A stretch of DNA of 64,000 nucleotides, taken from NCBI GenBank assembly GCA_964609825.1, contig CAZSSH010000004.1, positions 267,037-331,036 of the forward strand, in the 5' to 3' direction. Origin of the DNA: an uncultured Victivallaceae bacterium (GTDB lineage Bacteria; Verrucomicrobiota; Lentisphaeria; Victivallales; Victivallaceae). Positions within the stretch are counted from its first letter, which is position 1, and the number at the start of each line of letters is the position of its first letter. The position numbers and the translations under genes are program-made. Below, piece by piece: positions 19,190 to 29,287 of the stretch. Below the pieces are notes generated by a model. That model did no database searches and was not told the DNA's origin. It worked only from the letters and a program-made list of their open reading frames with translations.

Positions 19190-19572
19190 CAGGTAACGTT
19201 GTCTTCTAGCGAATTAATAGCGCGGTTAGCGCCGCTCACGAATGTGAGAGGATCGCCGAGCGCATGCGACGGCGACAAGGAGAGAAACGAAGCAGCCGAA
19301 CGTAGTCGAGCGAAGGCTCCACCACTGTAATGGATACGACGGATATCCATCCATGTTGAGGTGGCGTGACGGGGCAGCGCAGCATGCTCCGGCCGGCTAC
19401 GGGCGGAAGTATACCGCGCGGCGTGGCTGAAAAACATAATCTGTCCCAGCGGCCACCTAAACATAAGGTCGCAGGTGTTTTCCGGGCCAAGCAACGTTAG
19501 TTATGCTCTACCGGATAAAGTTTCTCCTCCCCCGTTCGGGCGAGTCAGTGTCACTGGTATTGAAAACTCAAC
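19190..19572. ncRNA. Candidate structured non-coding RNA or other non-coding element of unknown class (~380 nt, no credible ORF).
   Basis: A 380-nt gap between convergent genes in an otherwise compact region. It is GC-rich with multiple local inverted repeats. The only long ORFs (19189-19494 and 19236-19490, minus strand) overlap each other and have R/S/A-biased, non-protein-like composition. I could not match it to the tmRNA or RNase P consensus by eye. Confidence 0.25.
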
Positions 19573-20019
19573 TTACTTCAGCGCCCGGATTTCCTCGATG
19601 AATTCCTCGACGTCTTTAAATTTGCGGTATACCGAGGCAAAGCGCACGTAGGCGACTTGGTCGGCCTGACGCAGCTGGCTCATCACCCGGCGGCCGATCT
19701 CCAGACTCTCGACCTCTTTGTCAAAATCTTTTTGCAGCGAGATCGTGACTTCCTCGGCCATCCGCTCGATTTCGTCCGAGCTTACCGGGCGCTTGTAGCA
19801 GGCGTTGGCAATCCCGCGCCGCAATTTATCGCGGTCGAACTCCTCGCGCTCGTTGTTGCGCTTGATCACTTTGAGCTCTTCAGGGACGACGCTCTCGATG
19901 GTGGTGAAACGCGCCATGCACTTGAGACACTCGCGGCGGCGGCGGACGCCGACCCCGTCTTTGATCGCCCGCGAGTCGATGACTTTGTCATCCATACAGC
20001 CGCATTTGGGACAACGCAT
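19573..20019 (-). CDS. nrdR: Transcriptional repressor NrdR.
   Basis: 'MRCPKCGCMDDKVIDSRAIKDGVGVRRRRECLKC' zinc ribbon plus an ATP-cone; 148 aa. Confidence 0.95.
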   Translation of the reverse strand: MRCPKCGCMDDKVIDSRAIKDGVGVRRRRECLKCMARFTTIESVVPEELKVIKRNNEREEFDRDKLRRGIANACYKRPVSSDEIERMAEEVTISLQKDFDKEVESLEIGRRVMSQLRQADQVAYVRFASVYRKFKDVEEFIEEIRALK

Positions 20020-20025
20020 GATTGA

Positions 20026-21078
20026 TTACTCCTTGAGCAGTGAGTCGATTAATATCCAAGGTCCGATGACGATCCCGCCGTACGCGGGGCTCTCGGACCA
20101 TTGTTGATTGAGGTAAGCGCTGATTTTGCAAAAATCCTGCCAGTCGCGGCGGCGCAAGGCGCCGTTTTCGACCGAAGTATGCTCGGCCAAGTTAACTCCG
20201 ACCAGCACTTTTTTGGCTTGATTGGTGTCGCTGAGCTCATTGTCCACCACTTCGACGGCCTCTTTGGCTTTGTTCCCGGAGTTGACGATGATGACTTTGT
20301 CGGCGATCTCCAAAAAGTCGCTGACGGTACCGCAGGAGAGCTGTTTTTCTTTGGCTTTTTCGTGATAAAAGTCAGGAATGGCGATGGTCAAAGGAAGATT
20401 GTCCAGCTGCTTTTTGACCTCGCGCAATTCGGCAAAGGCGAGGCGCATCACATGATCGTTTTCGTTATCGATCCCGTAGGTTTTTTCGCTCCACGAGTAC
20501 AGCAAATCCTTGGGCCGGTTGGGGTTGGTCAGGGTAAACGTATGCACCTCCATCGCCACGGTGATCCCGGAGATGCGTTTGCCGGCAGGGAGCGACCGGT
20601 TAAAATCGCTGAATTCCTTGACCGCCTCGGCCAGCACTTCGTGGCCGACAAACCAGTTGCGCAGCGGGCTGTCCACCCGGTGGTAGACATAGTTGCGCTG
20701 AAAAAGCATCAGCTCGACCTGCAATTTGGCATCGGTCGCGGCGGCGATGAATTTTTTAAACTTGTCGTTGTGCGTCAAGCGCTGATTGTCGATCTCGATG
20801 TAGACGCGGTTGAAGCCGCAGCGCGTGATGTTGTCGAGGATTTCCCGCGTTTTTTTGTCGGTCAGGGTATCGGCCATACTGCCCCTCACCACAATCCCGC
20901 GCGATTTGGCGGGCTCAAGCGTCTCGGCAAACCGGGCGGCGCGCTCTTTGATGGTCTCCGGCGAGGCGTTGGGCGGCAACTCAAAAGGCTCCACATCTTT
21001 GGTGCGGCATCCGGCGGTCAAAAGGGCCAAAACGGCGCAAAAAAGATAAATTTTTTTAAAAAACATGCGTTTCTCCAA
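20026..21078 (-). CDS. Lipoprotein of unknown function (possibly a glycoside-hydrolase-like TIM barrel).
   Basis: Signal peptide plus lipobox 'LLTAGC'. It lies 6 nt upstream of nrdR on the same strand. Confidence 0.4.
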   Translation of the reverse strand: MEKRMFFKKIYLFCAVLALLTAGCRTKDVEPFELPPNASPETIKERAARFAETLEPAKSRGIVVRGSMADTLTDKKTREILDNITRCGFNRVYIEIDNQRLTHNDKFKKFIAAATDAKLQVELMLFQRNYVYHRVDSPLRNWFVGHEVLAEAVKEFSDFNRSLPAGKRISGITVAMEVHTFTLTNPNRPKDLLYSWSEKTYGIDNENDHVMRLAFAELREVKKQLDNLPLTIAIPDFYHEKAKEKQLSCGTVSDFLEIADKVIIVNSGNKAKEAVEVVDNELSDTNQAKKVLVGVNLAEHTSVENGALRRRDWQDFCKISAYLNQQWSESPAYGGIVIGPWILIDSLLKE

Positions 21079-21145
21079 CTTTTGCTATTGAAATAAAGTA
21101 CATTATAAAGTCTATTAATGCAACTGTCAAAGCAAGGTTTTTATT

Positions 21146-22207
21146 ATGAATATTGAAGAATTGAGAAATCGTATCGACCAAATCGACAAGGAAATCGTCG
21201 ACTTGCTCAATCAGCGCTGTGAGATCGTGCAGCAGGTGGGCGAGTGGAAAAAAGAGAAGAATCTGCCGATTTTTGTGCCCGAACGCGAGAAATCATTGTT
21301 GCGGCGGTTGCAAAAAATCAATCACGGCCCCTTGGAAAACGCTTCATTGCTCGCCATTTACCGTGAAATTATTTCCGGCTCGATCCGTCTTGAGCTGCCG
21401 TTGCGCGTGGCGGTTTTGGGCCCCGAGGGGACATTCTCCCATCAGGCTTTGGTCACCAAGTTCGGCCACGGCGTCACCGCCGAGTTTTGCCCGACCATCG
21501 GCGACGTGTTTAAAGCGGTGGCGGCCAAGCGCGCCGACTACGGGATGGCGCCGGTGGAGAATTCCACCGAGGGCGTCGTCAATCATACCTTGGATTGTTT
21601 GTTTCACTCGAGTTTGGTGATCATCGACGAGTTTAAGCTTCCGGTGCATCACATGCTTTTTGCCAAATGCAAAGTTGGCGAAATCAAGCGCATTTACAGT
21701 CATACCCAAGTCTTGGGGCAGTGCCGCGATTATCTGCAAAACCATTTCCCGGATGCCGAGCGCATCGAGGTGGCGAGTACCGCCAAAGCGATGGAGATCG
21801 CCATGGCCGAGGAGGGCAGCGCCGCCATTGCCGGCAAACTGATGGCCGAAAAATACGAAATCGAGCCGCTGGCGACCAACGTCGAGGACAACTCCGGCAA
21901 CACCACGCGTTTTATCATTTTGGGCGAACAGGAGGCCCACCCGACCGGCAACGACAAGAGCTCGATCTGTTTTGTGATGCACGACCGGCCGGGCGCCTTG
22001 TACGACGCTTTGCGTCCGTTCCGCAATCACAATATCTCGATGACGTTAATCGAGAGCCGCCCGTTGAAAACCGGCAACTGGGAGTATTGCTTTTTTGTCG
22101 ACATCAAGGGGCATATCCGCGACAAAAACATCACGGCGGCCTTTGATGAGCTTAAGGCCGAGTGCGCCTATTTTAAATTATTGGGCAGCTATCCGTCGGC
22201 GGAGTAG
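21146..22207 (+). CDS. pheA: Bifunctional chorismate mutase / prephenate dehydratase (P-protein).
   Basis: N-terminal CM domain 'LRNRIDQIDKEIVDLLNQR', a PDT domain 'VAVLGPEGTFSHQA…', and a C-terminal ACT domain with 'ESRP'. Confidence 0.9.
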   Translation: MNIEELRNRIDQIDKEIVDLLNQRCEIVQQVGEWKKEKNLPIFVPEREKSLLRRLQKINHGPLENASLLAIYREIISGSIRLELPLRVAVLGPEGTFSHQALVTKFGHGVTAEFCPTIGDVFKAVAAKRADYGMAPVENSTEGVVNHTLDCLFHSSLVIIDEFKLPVHHMLFAKCKVGEIKRIYSHTQVLGQCRDYLQNHFPDAERIEVASTAKAMEIAMAEEGSAAIAGKLMAEKYEIEPLATNVEDNSGNTTRFIILGEQEAHPTGNDKSSICFVMHDRPGALYDALRPFRNHNISMTLIESRPLKTGNWEYCFFVDIKGHIRDKNITAAFDELKAECAYFKLLGSYPSAE

Positions 22208-22210
22208 GCG

Positions 22211-22918
22211 ATGCGTTACGCCGTTGCAGGAGCCACCGGGATGATCGGGCGCAATCTCGCCGCCATGCTGAGCGCGGCCGGACACAGCGTCGTCGCTCTT
22301 GACCGGGCGAGTTTTGCCGATGTGCCGGCTCTGACCCGGGCCATCGATGGCTGCGACGCGGTGTTTCACTGTGCCGGAGTAAGCCGGAGCGACGACCCGC
22401 AAATGATGTATGCCGATAATATGCGGCTTTGCCGGATGCTCGCAGCGGCGGCGGACACGCTCCCGACCGGCATAACGATTGTTTTTGTCTCAACCACCCA
22501 TGACAAGCCGACCAAGTATCACCAGTCCAAACGCGACGGCGAAACGCTGTTTGCCGATTATATTTTTATGAATGGCTCGCGCGCGGTTTCGGTGCGCTCG
22601 CCCAACACCTTCGGGCCCGGCGGGCGGCCCTTTTACAACTCAGTGGTGAGCACTTTTTGCTATCAGCTTTGTCATGGCGAGACGCCCAAAATTCAGACCG
22701 ACGGCGCCTTGGAGCTAATTGATGTTTGGTCGCTGGTCAAACGCCTGCGGCAAATCGCCGACGATCCGGCCGCAAGCGGCATGGTGACGCTCACCGCGCC
22801 CTACCGCGTCAATGTCTCCGAGCTTTTGGCCCGTTTGCAAAGTTTGCTTGCCGGGTGCATTCCCACCGACGACCTCGACCGCGCACTCGCCGCCACTCTC
22901 GACTATTACCGTAAGTAG
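22211..22918 (+). CDS. NAD-dependent epimerase/dehydratase-family (short Rossmann-fold) protein.
   Basis: 'YAVAGATGMIGRNLAAML' GxxGxxG motif. The start is 4 nt after the pheA stop. Confidence 0.55.
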   Translation: MRYAVAGATGMIGRNLAAMLSAAGHSVVALDRASFADVPALTRAIDGCDAVFHCAGVSRSDDPQMMYADNMRLCRMLAAAADTLPTGITIVFVSTTHDKPTKYHQSKRDGETLFADYIFMNGSRAVSVRSPNTFGPGGRPFYNSVVSTFCYQLCHGETPKIQTDGALELIDVWSLVKRLRQIADDPAASGMVTLTAPYRVNVSELLARLQSLLAGCIPTDDLDRALAATLDYYRK

Positions 22919-25900
22919 CTACCAGCGGATCGCTTTTTCGGTATTATAAGTTGATACCGGCAAATTCCCGTAGGGCGACGCTTGCGTGTCGTGTCCCGCC
23001 GCCGCTTTTTCCACCAAGCGAACATTACCCGCGATCCCGCCGTTGCCCCGCAGATCGTTGACCTCGACGGCGACGATCATTTTGCCGCCTTGATTGAGCG
23101 CGGCGGGGACGTTGTAACGGCGGCAATACTCCCAGTAGCCGGGGATGTCCTCGCCGGTGTTGCCGACCAGTTGACCGTTGACATAAGCGGTGTCGAGGTC
23201 GTCCACCGTTTTCATCTCCAGTACAAGGTTGCGTTGCTGCATGTCGGCGGGGATTTGGACCTCTTTCACATACCAGGCAAAACCGTTGTAATCTTTGGCC
23301 GATTTGAGATTGCCGGGCAAATATTTGGCGTCAAAGGTCTGATTTTCCCAGAAGCCGGGGACTTTGATCACAGTCCACCGGCCATCGGTCTTGAGTATGG
23401 TTGCGGGGGTGATTTTGCGGTCGGGGTCAAAACAAAAGGCCCATTCGCCGTCAAGATTGATTTCGGCCGGTGCGACCGTCGGGTCGGCGAGCTGCCGCGC
23501 CATGTCAAAGGCGGGAACTGCCCCGAGTTTGGCGAGGATGGCGGCATTGATTTGGTTGAACCGCTCCCGGTAAATCTCCTCGGCAAAGTAGCGTGACGAG
23601 CCTAAATTGCTTTGCGTTTCCTTGAGTTGGCCGGAGTCGTTGGCCGCAAGCGTGTTTAAGATGATCCGCCCTTTGCCGTAAGAAACCATGACAATGGTTT
23701 GGTTGGCTGCAAGTGCGGTCACGTTTTCGCCGGTGACTGCCAGACCTTTGGCGCCGTGGCGGAAATACAAATCGCGTGCCCCCAGACCGGGAAGCTGTTC
23801 TTTGCCCGCCGCGGAGAGGGTGAGCCGGTCAAATTCGCACGGCTGCAATTTGAGTTTGAGTTTGGCTGCGAGTTCGGCGGTCGGCACGGTGGTCAGATAA
23901 TCGCTCCCGGCGGCGACGGCGGCCAAAATTTCCTCTCCGCCGCCTGACCCGAGGATGATTGACCCGGGTTTGACCGGCGCGGCAAACGTTTTGGCGGCAA
24001 AGCCGTAAGTGTCGGTGTCGCCAACGATGTAAAGCGTCCGGGCTGCGGGGTTGACTGTATTTCGGGCGCTCGTGATGAGCTCTTGCAGCACTTTCCCCGC
24101 CATCGGCTCCTCAGGCCGGTTGGATATCTCCATTTGGCAAAAAGTCACACTGCCTTTGCCTGCGGGGAAACGGAGGAGGGGGGCGTACAGCAAATCTTTG
24201 CCGCCCACTGCCAACGCTTGCGCCGCCCCGGCAAACGGCCGCCGGATCGGGTAGGCGCTCACCATGTCCTCATTGGTGTAGTGCCACAACTGGTCGGGTA
24301 TCTTTTCTTCGCTTCCCGCCGGGGGCGCGGCATGGTGAGCGGCCATATTGCCGTAACCGTGCCAGTAGCCGAGCTGATTGGCGGTGACGCCGGGGAGCAA
24401 TGCGGTCGGAAACGCCTGACGCAAATAAACATTGTGAGTTTTGAGCCCGAGCGAAGTTAATGCCTCGGGGGACTGCTCAAGCACAATCACTTTGCCCCCG
24501 GCATCGATCCACGCGGCGAGTTTGATTTTTTGCGCCCATTGAACGAATTTTTGGTCGTATTGCTTACGGCCGACAATCAACACTTTGACATTGTCAAGCG
24601 TTGCCAGTTTGGCGGCATCGGCAAAAATGAGGCCGAAATCGCCCGCCGGGCCGTAAAAGGCGGCATCGGCAACTTTGCCGGAGACAGGAGCGATCAGCTC
24701 AAAGGTTTTGGCGACGCGGGCAACGTTGGCGGGCGAGCGGGTTATGACCGCAAATTCGCATTTCGCCAGCTCGGGAAGCGTCATTTTGACCGGGATGCGG
24801 GCGATTTCGCCGACTTGCAGCGTTTGGTCGAAATCTCCGATATTTTTGCCGTCCAACGTGAAGTCGAGGCTGAATTTTTGAGCTTGCAACGTGTCATTGA
24901 TAACCACGACCGTACGCACGATGGTTTGGCCGGGATAGTAATTGCCCGCCTTGGAGGCAAAGTGATCCTGATCCCCGGCAATGTAAATTAAAACCGGGCT
25001 TAATGACTCCTTGAGCGTCGTCGCCAGTTGCCGGGGTTTGTCAAAATCGACATCGAGGTGCGCCGCATATTTCCAGACATCCGGGTGCCAGCCGGGACTG
25101 CGCACATTTTGGCCGGTGACCGGGGTTGACCACCAGTTGTGGATGTTGGCCGACGGGCTTTTGCGGTCGTAAGCGTAGCCGAACTCGGCAAACGGACAAA
25201 GCCCGGAGATGCCCGAGCCGCGCCAGGATTTGACGGTTTCGCCCAGCAAATGGTTTTTCACCGCTTCGACAGTCGGGTAGGTGCGGTATTCGCCGTGAAA
25301 GGCCCAGCTGTCGGTCTTGGGATTGCGATAGAGTTTGGTCATTTCGACCTCTTTAGCGCTGGTCAGCTGATACGCCTGGTCGCCGAAAAACCGCGCCGCG
25401 TTTTCGGTCAAAAACAGTGGTTTGGCGCCCGGATTGTTGAGGTCCATTCCGTAGAAACTGTTGATATAGGGAAAACTCGTCTCAATGATGTGCAAGGGCT
25501 TGGTGCCGATTTCGCGCCACGGCTCGGCCCAGGCAAATTTTTCCGCTTCGGGAAGCCAGCAAAAGTAGGCGTTGCTGGTGATGACGGGCCCGAAATTGCC
25601 TCCGGCCTGAAAGAACCACGGCCGGGTCGGGTCAAGCTGCGTCAGGTATTGGGCGGCTTCCTGTGCGGCGGCGGCCTTGTCCGCGTGAAAGGGCGGCAAA
25701 TAGCCGTCGGCCATTTTTAACGGGTGGTAATCCCACGCATACCCGAGGAAATTGACCGAGAGATACCAAAGAACAATCGACGGGTGATTGCGGTAGCGGT
25801 CGACTTGCGCCTCCAATTTGCGGTACATGGCGCTTTTGGTCTCATCCGAGTTCCAATTGGTGTACTCTTTTTGTTTGACGCCGCCGATGTCAAAAAAGTA

Positions 25901-28453
25901 CAACAATCCGCCTTTATCGCAGGCTTTGATCATATTGTCCAAATCGTAATCCTTGTCCGAGAAGGGACCGCGAAAGGCGTTGTAGCCGAGATTTTTCAAA
26001 TTTTTGACCACGGCCTCGCAAGTGGCGTAATCCCAGGTCGAGTCGGCCCACTCGTCGTGATTGCGGAGGTGGACGACTTTGCCGTTGAGTTCATAATTTT
26101 TGCCGTTGATGGTGAATTCACGGTAGCCGAACGGAATTTCCGCCAACTCGTCGAGGACCTTGCCGCTGTTGTCCGCCAGAGTGATTTTGGCGCGGTACAA
26201 ATACGGATTCTCAAAATCCCACAACACGGGATTCTCCCAGGTTTGTTTGAGCTCAAAGCGGGCGGTGGCACCGGGCCCGACGGTCTGCGGTTTGCCGGTG
26301 AACAAGGCCGGGGCGTTGGTCCCGGTAATCACGACTTGGGCGCGGACGTTTTGGGTTTGGCCGGAGTAATTCTTAAGGTCGACGGCAAGTTTGAGCGTTT
26401 TGTCACCGACGCCGGTGATGATTTGGGGTTTGCTCAACTCCAGTTGCGGCAAAATTTGGAGGTAGACATCGCCCTTGACTCCACGCCAGTTCCATCTTTG
26501 GCCGTCGTCGTCGACTTGCAGCAACAGGCGGTTGTCACCGTCAAATTTGAGAAATTGTTGGTCGAGGGCAAAGTTGGTCCTCTCAGAGGAGTTGATCGCT
26601 CCCAGATAGCGGTCGTTGAGCCAGACTTTGCCGCTTCCCGAGCTGCTTAACTCGTCAAACGTTAAGACAATGCGGCGGTCGGCCGGGATTTTGCCAAGGG
26701 TAAACGTGCGCTCAAACAACGCGCGGTTGTACTGCCACGTGGGTTTGCCGTCAAAGATATCATCGTTTACGATGCTCAAATCGGGCTTGCGGATGCGAAA
26801 CTCGACGTCGCTGCGCCCGTTTTCGTGTCCCGCGTAACGGCCGGGGACATTGAGGTAATACCAGGGGAGTTTTGCAGCGCCGGTGCCGACCGGCAAAAAG
26901 CGCCAGAGACCGTTGAGATAAATGGTTTGGCGGCAAGTGTTGGCGGTCCGATATTCGCCCGCCGCGCCCCACAACGTTTTTTCCTTGTCGTTGACGGGGA
27001 CAAAGTTGACCGGGACAATTTCGGAATCGCCGCTCTTGGCGAGCTCGGAGTTGTCTTTGCGGGCGATTTCGGCGGCGATTTCGGCGGGGGAAAGCGCGCG
27101 GTTGAAAATGCGCAGCTCGTCAATGATCCCCTCGGCCTGCGTGGTGTCATAGGTGCCCGCATCGGCAAGGTCGCCCAAGCGCATTTTGGCGGGGGCGTCC
27201 GGGGTTGCGACGGCAAAGGTCAGCGGTTTGGCGGCAACTTCTTTGCCGTCAAAAACGAGAAAAATTTTGTTGTTGCCGTAGCCGAAGGCAAGGTGGACAA
27301 ACTCTTTACCGGCGTCGGCGGGCAGGGGGGCGGAGACGGTCTCGATATTTTTGCCGTTGCCGACGGTAAAGGTCAAGACTTTTCCCTGCCGGGTCAAGCT
27401 CCAAAAAGTGTTGCCGCATGCAGAATGCAATAAGCCGCGCAAATTGTCGTCTTTGGCTTCCGCTTTGAGCTTAAAAAAAAAGCTGCCGGTAAGCTCCGGC
27501 GGATTAAGCGTGCCGTCCGCCAGCTCAAGGGTCATCACCGATCGTGCATCATAGCCGTGCCGGGAGAACTCGGCCCCTTTGCCGATTACGGCATTTTTAA
27601 AAATCATCCGCTCGGAGTTGGTGCTTAAATTGCCTTGCGTACTTACCGCATCGACCCGGCCGTTAAAGGGAATTTGCAGTACCGGCAAACCGGCGGTGCT
27701 GTCGGCCGTGCTGTCGGGCTTGGTTTCCATGATGATTTTGACCTCATTGGCGTCCAAGGCGCGTTTGAATACTTTAAACTCGTCCACGGCTCCGGTGAGC
27801 CAAGTGTCGCCGCCCGGATACGAGCACCCGAGGCGGATAAACTTTTGGATGCTTCCTTTGCCCTCCAAGGGAGTGTCGCGCAGCAGTTTTGCCTCGACAC
27901 CATTAAGGTAGATTTTGACTGCGCCGTCTTTGCTTGCCATGGCCACATGCGTCCACTCGTTGGCCGGAAGCACGCTCGCCGAAATCATGGCCGATGCCAT
28001 TTTTTTATCCGCGCCGAAACGCCCGGCGGTTATCTGCGCCCAAGTGGTGACGTCCATAAAAATGTCGCCGTCGCCCCAGGCCCCCGAGTTATAGGCCCGA
28101 AACAGATGGCGCACTTTTCCTTTGCCGTCGGCAAACGCATTGCCCGGTTGGTCCGGCTTGACGTAAAAGGCAATCGTCCACTCGCTGTCGGAGGATAATG
28201 GCGCGCCCAGTTTGTACACCAAATCGCTCTTTTTGTCCATGCTGAAATATACGGCTTCGCCGAATTTGCCGGGGATGAAGCTGAGGCTTTCGCCCCGTTG
28301 CAGCGCTGCGCCGTCGTTGGCGACGACGGGCTTTGCATTTTGATGGTTAAAGTCGGCGTAAAAGATCAGGTCTTTGTTTTCGTCAAACCCGCCGGCGGCG
28401 AGCATGGCGGCAAACGACAAGAGTCCGGCGGATAAAAAATGCTTGAGCGTCAT
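22919..28453 (-). CDS. Giant secreted glycoside hydrolase (1844 aa). It carries two N-terminal LamG/concanavalin-like domains plus GH2-type sugar-binding and TIM-barrel domains.
   Basis: Signal peptide 'MTLKHFLSAGLLSFAAMLAA'. LamG-like 'EWTHVAMASKDGAVKIYLNGVEAK'. GH2-like 'NHPSIVLWYLSVNF' and 'NGFAWYVKEVQIPAD…VNGQLVGNTGED' (jelly-roll). The stop abuts the convergent gene's stop (TAG|CTA). Confidence 0.7.
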   Translation of the reverse strand: MTLKHFLSAGLLSFAAMLAAGGFDENKDLIFYADFNHQNAKPVVANDGAALQRGESLSFIPGKFGEAVYFSMDKKSDLVYKLGAPLSSDSEWTIAFYVKPDQPGNAFADGKGKVRHLFRAYNSGAWGDGDIFMDVTTWAQITAGRFGADKKMASAMISASVLPANEWTHVAMASKDGAVKIYLNGVEAKLLRDTPLEGKGSIQKFIRLGCSYPGGDTWLTGAVDEFKVFKRALDANEVKIIMETKPDSTADSTAGLPVLQIPFNGRVDAVSTQGNLSTNSERMIFKNAVIGKGAEFSRHGYDARSVMTLELADGTLNPPELTGSFFFKLKAEAKDDNLRGLLHSACGNTFWSLTRQGKVLTFTVGNGKNIETVSAPLPADAGKEFVHLAFGYGNNKIFLVFDGKEVAAKPLTFAVATPDAPAKMRLGDLADAGTYDTTQAEGIIDELRIFNRALSPAEIAAEIARKDNSELAKSGDSEIVPVNFVPVNDKEKTLWGAAGEYRTANTCRQTIYLNGLWRFLPVGTGAAKLPWYYLNVPGRYAGHENGRSDVEFRIRKPDLSIVNDDIFDGKPTWQYNRALFERTFTLGKIPADRRIVLTFDELSSSGSGKVWLNDRYLGAINSSERTNFALDQQFLKFDGDNRLLLQVDDDGQRWNWRGVKGDVYLQILPQLELSKPQIITGVGDKTLKLAVDLKNYSGQTQNVRAQVVITGTNAPALFTGKPQTVGPGATARFELKQTWENPVLWDFENPYLYRAKITLADNSGKVLDELAEIPFGYREFTINGKNYELNGKVVHLRNHDEWADSTWDYATCEAVVKNLKNLGYNAFRGPFSDKDYDLDNMIKACDKGGLLYFFDIGGVKQKEYTNWNSDETKSAMYRKLEAQVDRYRNHPSIVLWYLSVNFLGYAWDYHPLKMADGYLPPFHADKAAAAQEAAQYLTQLDPTRPWFFQAGGNFGPVITSNAYFCWLPEAEKFAWAEPWREIGTKPLHIIETSFPYINSFYGMDLNNPGAKPLFLTENAARFFGDQAYQLTSAKEVEMTKLYRNPKTDSWAFHGEYRTYPTVEAVKNHLLGETVKSWRGSGISGLCPFAEFGYAYDRKSPSANIHNWWSTPVTGQNVRSPGWHPDVWKYAAHLDVDFDKPRQLATTLKESLSPVLIYIAGDQDHFASKAGNYYPGQTIVRTVVVINDTLQAQKFSLDFTLDGKNIGDFDQTLQVGEIARIPVKMTLPELAKCEFAVITRSPANVARVAKTFELIAPVSGKVADAAFYGPAGDFGLIFADAAKLATLDNVKVLIVGRKQYDQKFVQWAQKIKLAAWIDAGGKVIVLEQSPEALTSLGLKTHNVYLRQAFPTALLPGVTANQLGYWHGYGNMAAHHAAPPAGSEEKIPDQLWHYTNEDMVSAYPIRRPFAGAAQALAVGGKDLLYAPLLRFPAGKGSVTFCQMEISNRPEEPMAGKVLQELITSARNTVNPAARTLYIVGDTDTYGFAAKTFAAPVKPGSIILGSGGGEEILAAVAAGSDYLTTVPTAELAAKLKLKLQPCEFDRLTLSAAGKEQLPGLGARDLYFRHGAKGLAVTGENVTALAANQTIVMVSYGKGRIILNTLAANDSGQLKETQSNLGSSRYFAEEIYRERFNQINAAILAKLGAVPAFDMARQLADPTVAPAEINLDGEWAFCFDPDRKITPATILKTDGRWTVIKVPGFWENQTFDAKYLPGNLKSAKDYNGFAWYVKEVQIPADMQQRNLVLEMKTVDDLDTAYVNGQLVGNTGEDIPGYWEYCRRYNVPAALNQGGKMIVAVEVNDLRGNGGIAGNVRLVEKAAAGHDTQASPYGNLPVSTYNTEKAIRW

Positions 28454-28469
28454 TTAACTGCAAATCCTT

Positions 28470-29270
28470 CTATTTGTAAGCGCTGGTGGCGGTCCCGGCG
28501 ACGGCGTTGGGAAACATCGCATTCATACTCGTTGCATCGATGCCGGAGTTATTAATTTCGCTCACGTGCGCATCCAAGTGGAGTAAATTGCTCTTGTTGC
28601 CGTGGCGGGTGCTCATCCGCGGCACGCCGTTGTTGGTCAGCCAGTCGCTGGCGCCCCAGTAGGCAAAGTAATTGTTGCCCATTGAGCCGTTGCAACCGGA
28701 GCCGTCAGTACGGATTTGCGAGTCCAGCATTGCCACTTTTTTGCTGGGTTCCTTAAAGCGCGCCAGCTTGGGCATGGCATGGTTGCCGTATTTGTAGGTG
28801 CCGGAGGGACTGGTCAATGAGGTGGTCATGTTTAACCCCAAAACATAACCGGCGGTGCCGTAGCTGCCGATCGGAACGGCGCTGGTGGCAAAAGCATCTC
28901 CCGCCGGGAGATTGTTGGAAACCGTCGTCGGATATTTTTCGCGGCCGGTGGAGGGACAAAAGGTGAGTTTGTTGATGGTGCGCGTCCAGTATTGCTCTTT
29001 GGGGGTGTAACCGGCCAGCATGAGTTTGTTGTAAATCGGGGAATAATTGTCAGTGCTGTTGGTATTATAAACAGTGGTGGCGGGGGCAAAATCATTCCAG
29101 TCTGAGGGGTACATCGCAATCATGGTGCCAAGCTGCTTCAAATTGGCCTTGCACTTGGTTTCCATCGCCCGGTCACGCGCCTGATTCAACGCCGGCAGTA
29201 ACATTGAGGCCAAAATGGCGATGATGGCAATCACTACCAAAAGCTCGATCAGTGTAAAATTTTTTTTCAT
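28470..29270 (-). CDS. Prepilin-type N-terminal cleavage/methylation domain protein (DUF1559-like), cassette 2.
   Basis: '[32 protein letters not shown]'; the C-terminus '[16 protein letters not shown]' is a variant of H-X9-D. Confidence 0.8.
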   Translation of the reverse strand: MKKNFTLIELLVVIAIIAILASMLLPALNQARDRAMETKCKANLKQLGTMIAMYPSDWNDFAPATTVYNTNSTDNYSPIYNKLMLAGYTPKEQYWTRTINKLTFCPSTGREKYPTTVSNNLPAGDAFATSAVPIGSYGTAGYVLGLNMTTSLTSPSGTYKYGNHAMPKLARFKEPSKKVAMLDSQIRTDGSGCNGSMGNNYFAYWGASDWLTNNGVPRMSTRHGNKSNLLHLDAHVSEINNSGIDATSMNAMFPNAVAGTATSAYK

Positions 29271-29287
29271 GGTCTTTTCCCTCCCTC

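Noticed and set aside
19189-19494. A 101-aa minus-strand ORF and an overlapping 84-aa ORF in the long intergenic region.
   Set aside because: They overlap each other in different frames, have Arg/Ser/Ala-biased composition and no RBS. I treat the region as non-coding (candidate RNA) instead.
19440-19560. Possible tRNA (a GGTAGAGC D-loop-like string and GTTCG strings).
   Set aside because: I could not assemble a cloverleaf: there is no matching D-stem, no 5-bp T-stem around the GTTCG, and no acceptor-stem pairing.
19190-19572. tmRNA, RNase P RNA, SRP RNA or cobalamin riboswitch as the identity of the 380-nt region.
   Set aside because: For tmRNA there are no GGGG…/…CCACCA termini or T-arm. 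For RNase P there is no recognisable P4 (GGAAAGUCCGGGC / ACAGAACCCGGCUUA). For SRP only a partial GAAGCAGCC match exists. A CCACTG string resembles a B12 box, but no gene lies downstream on either strand. The class is left open.
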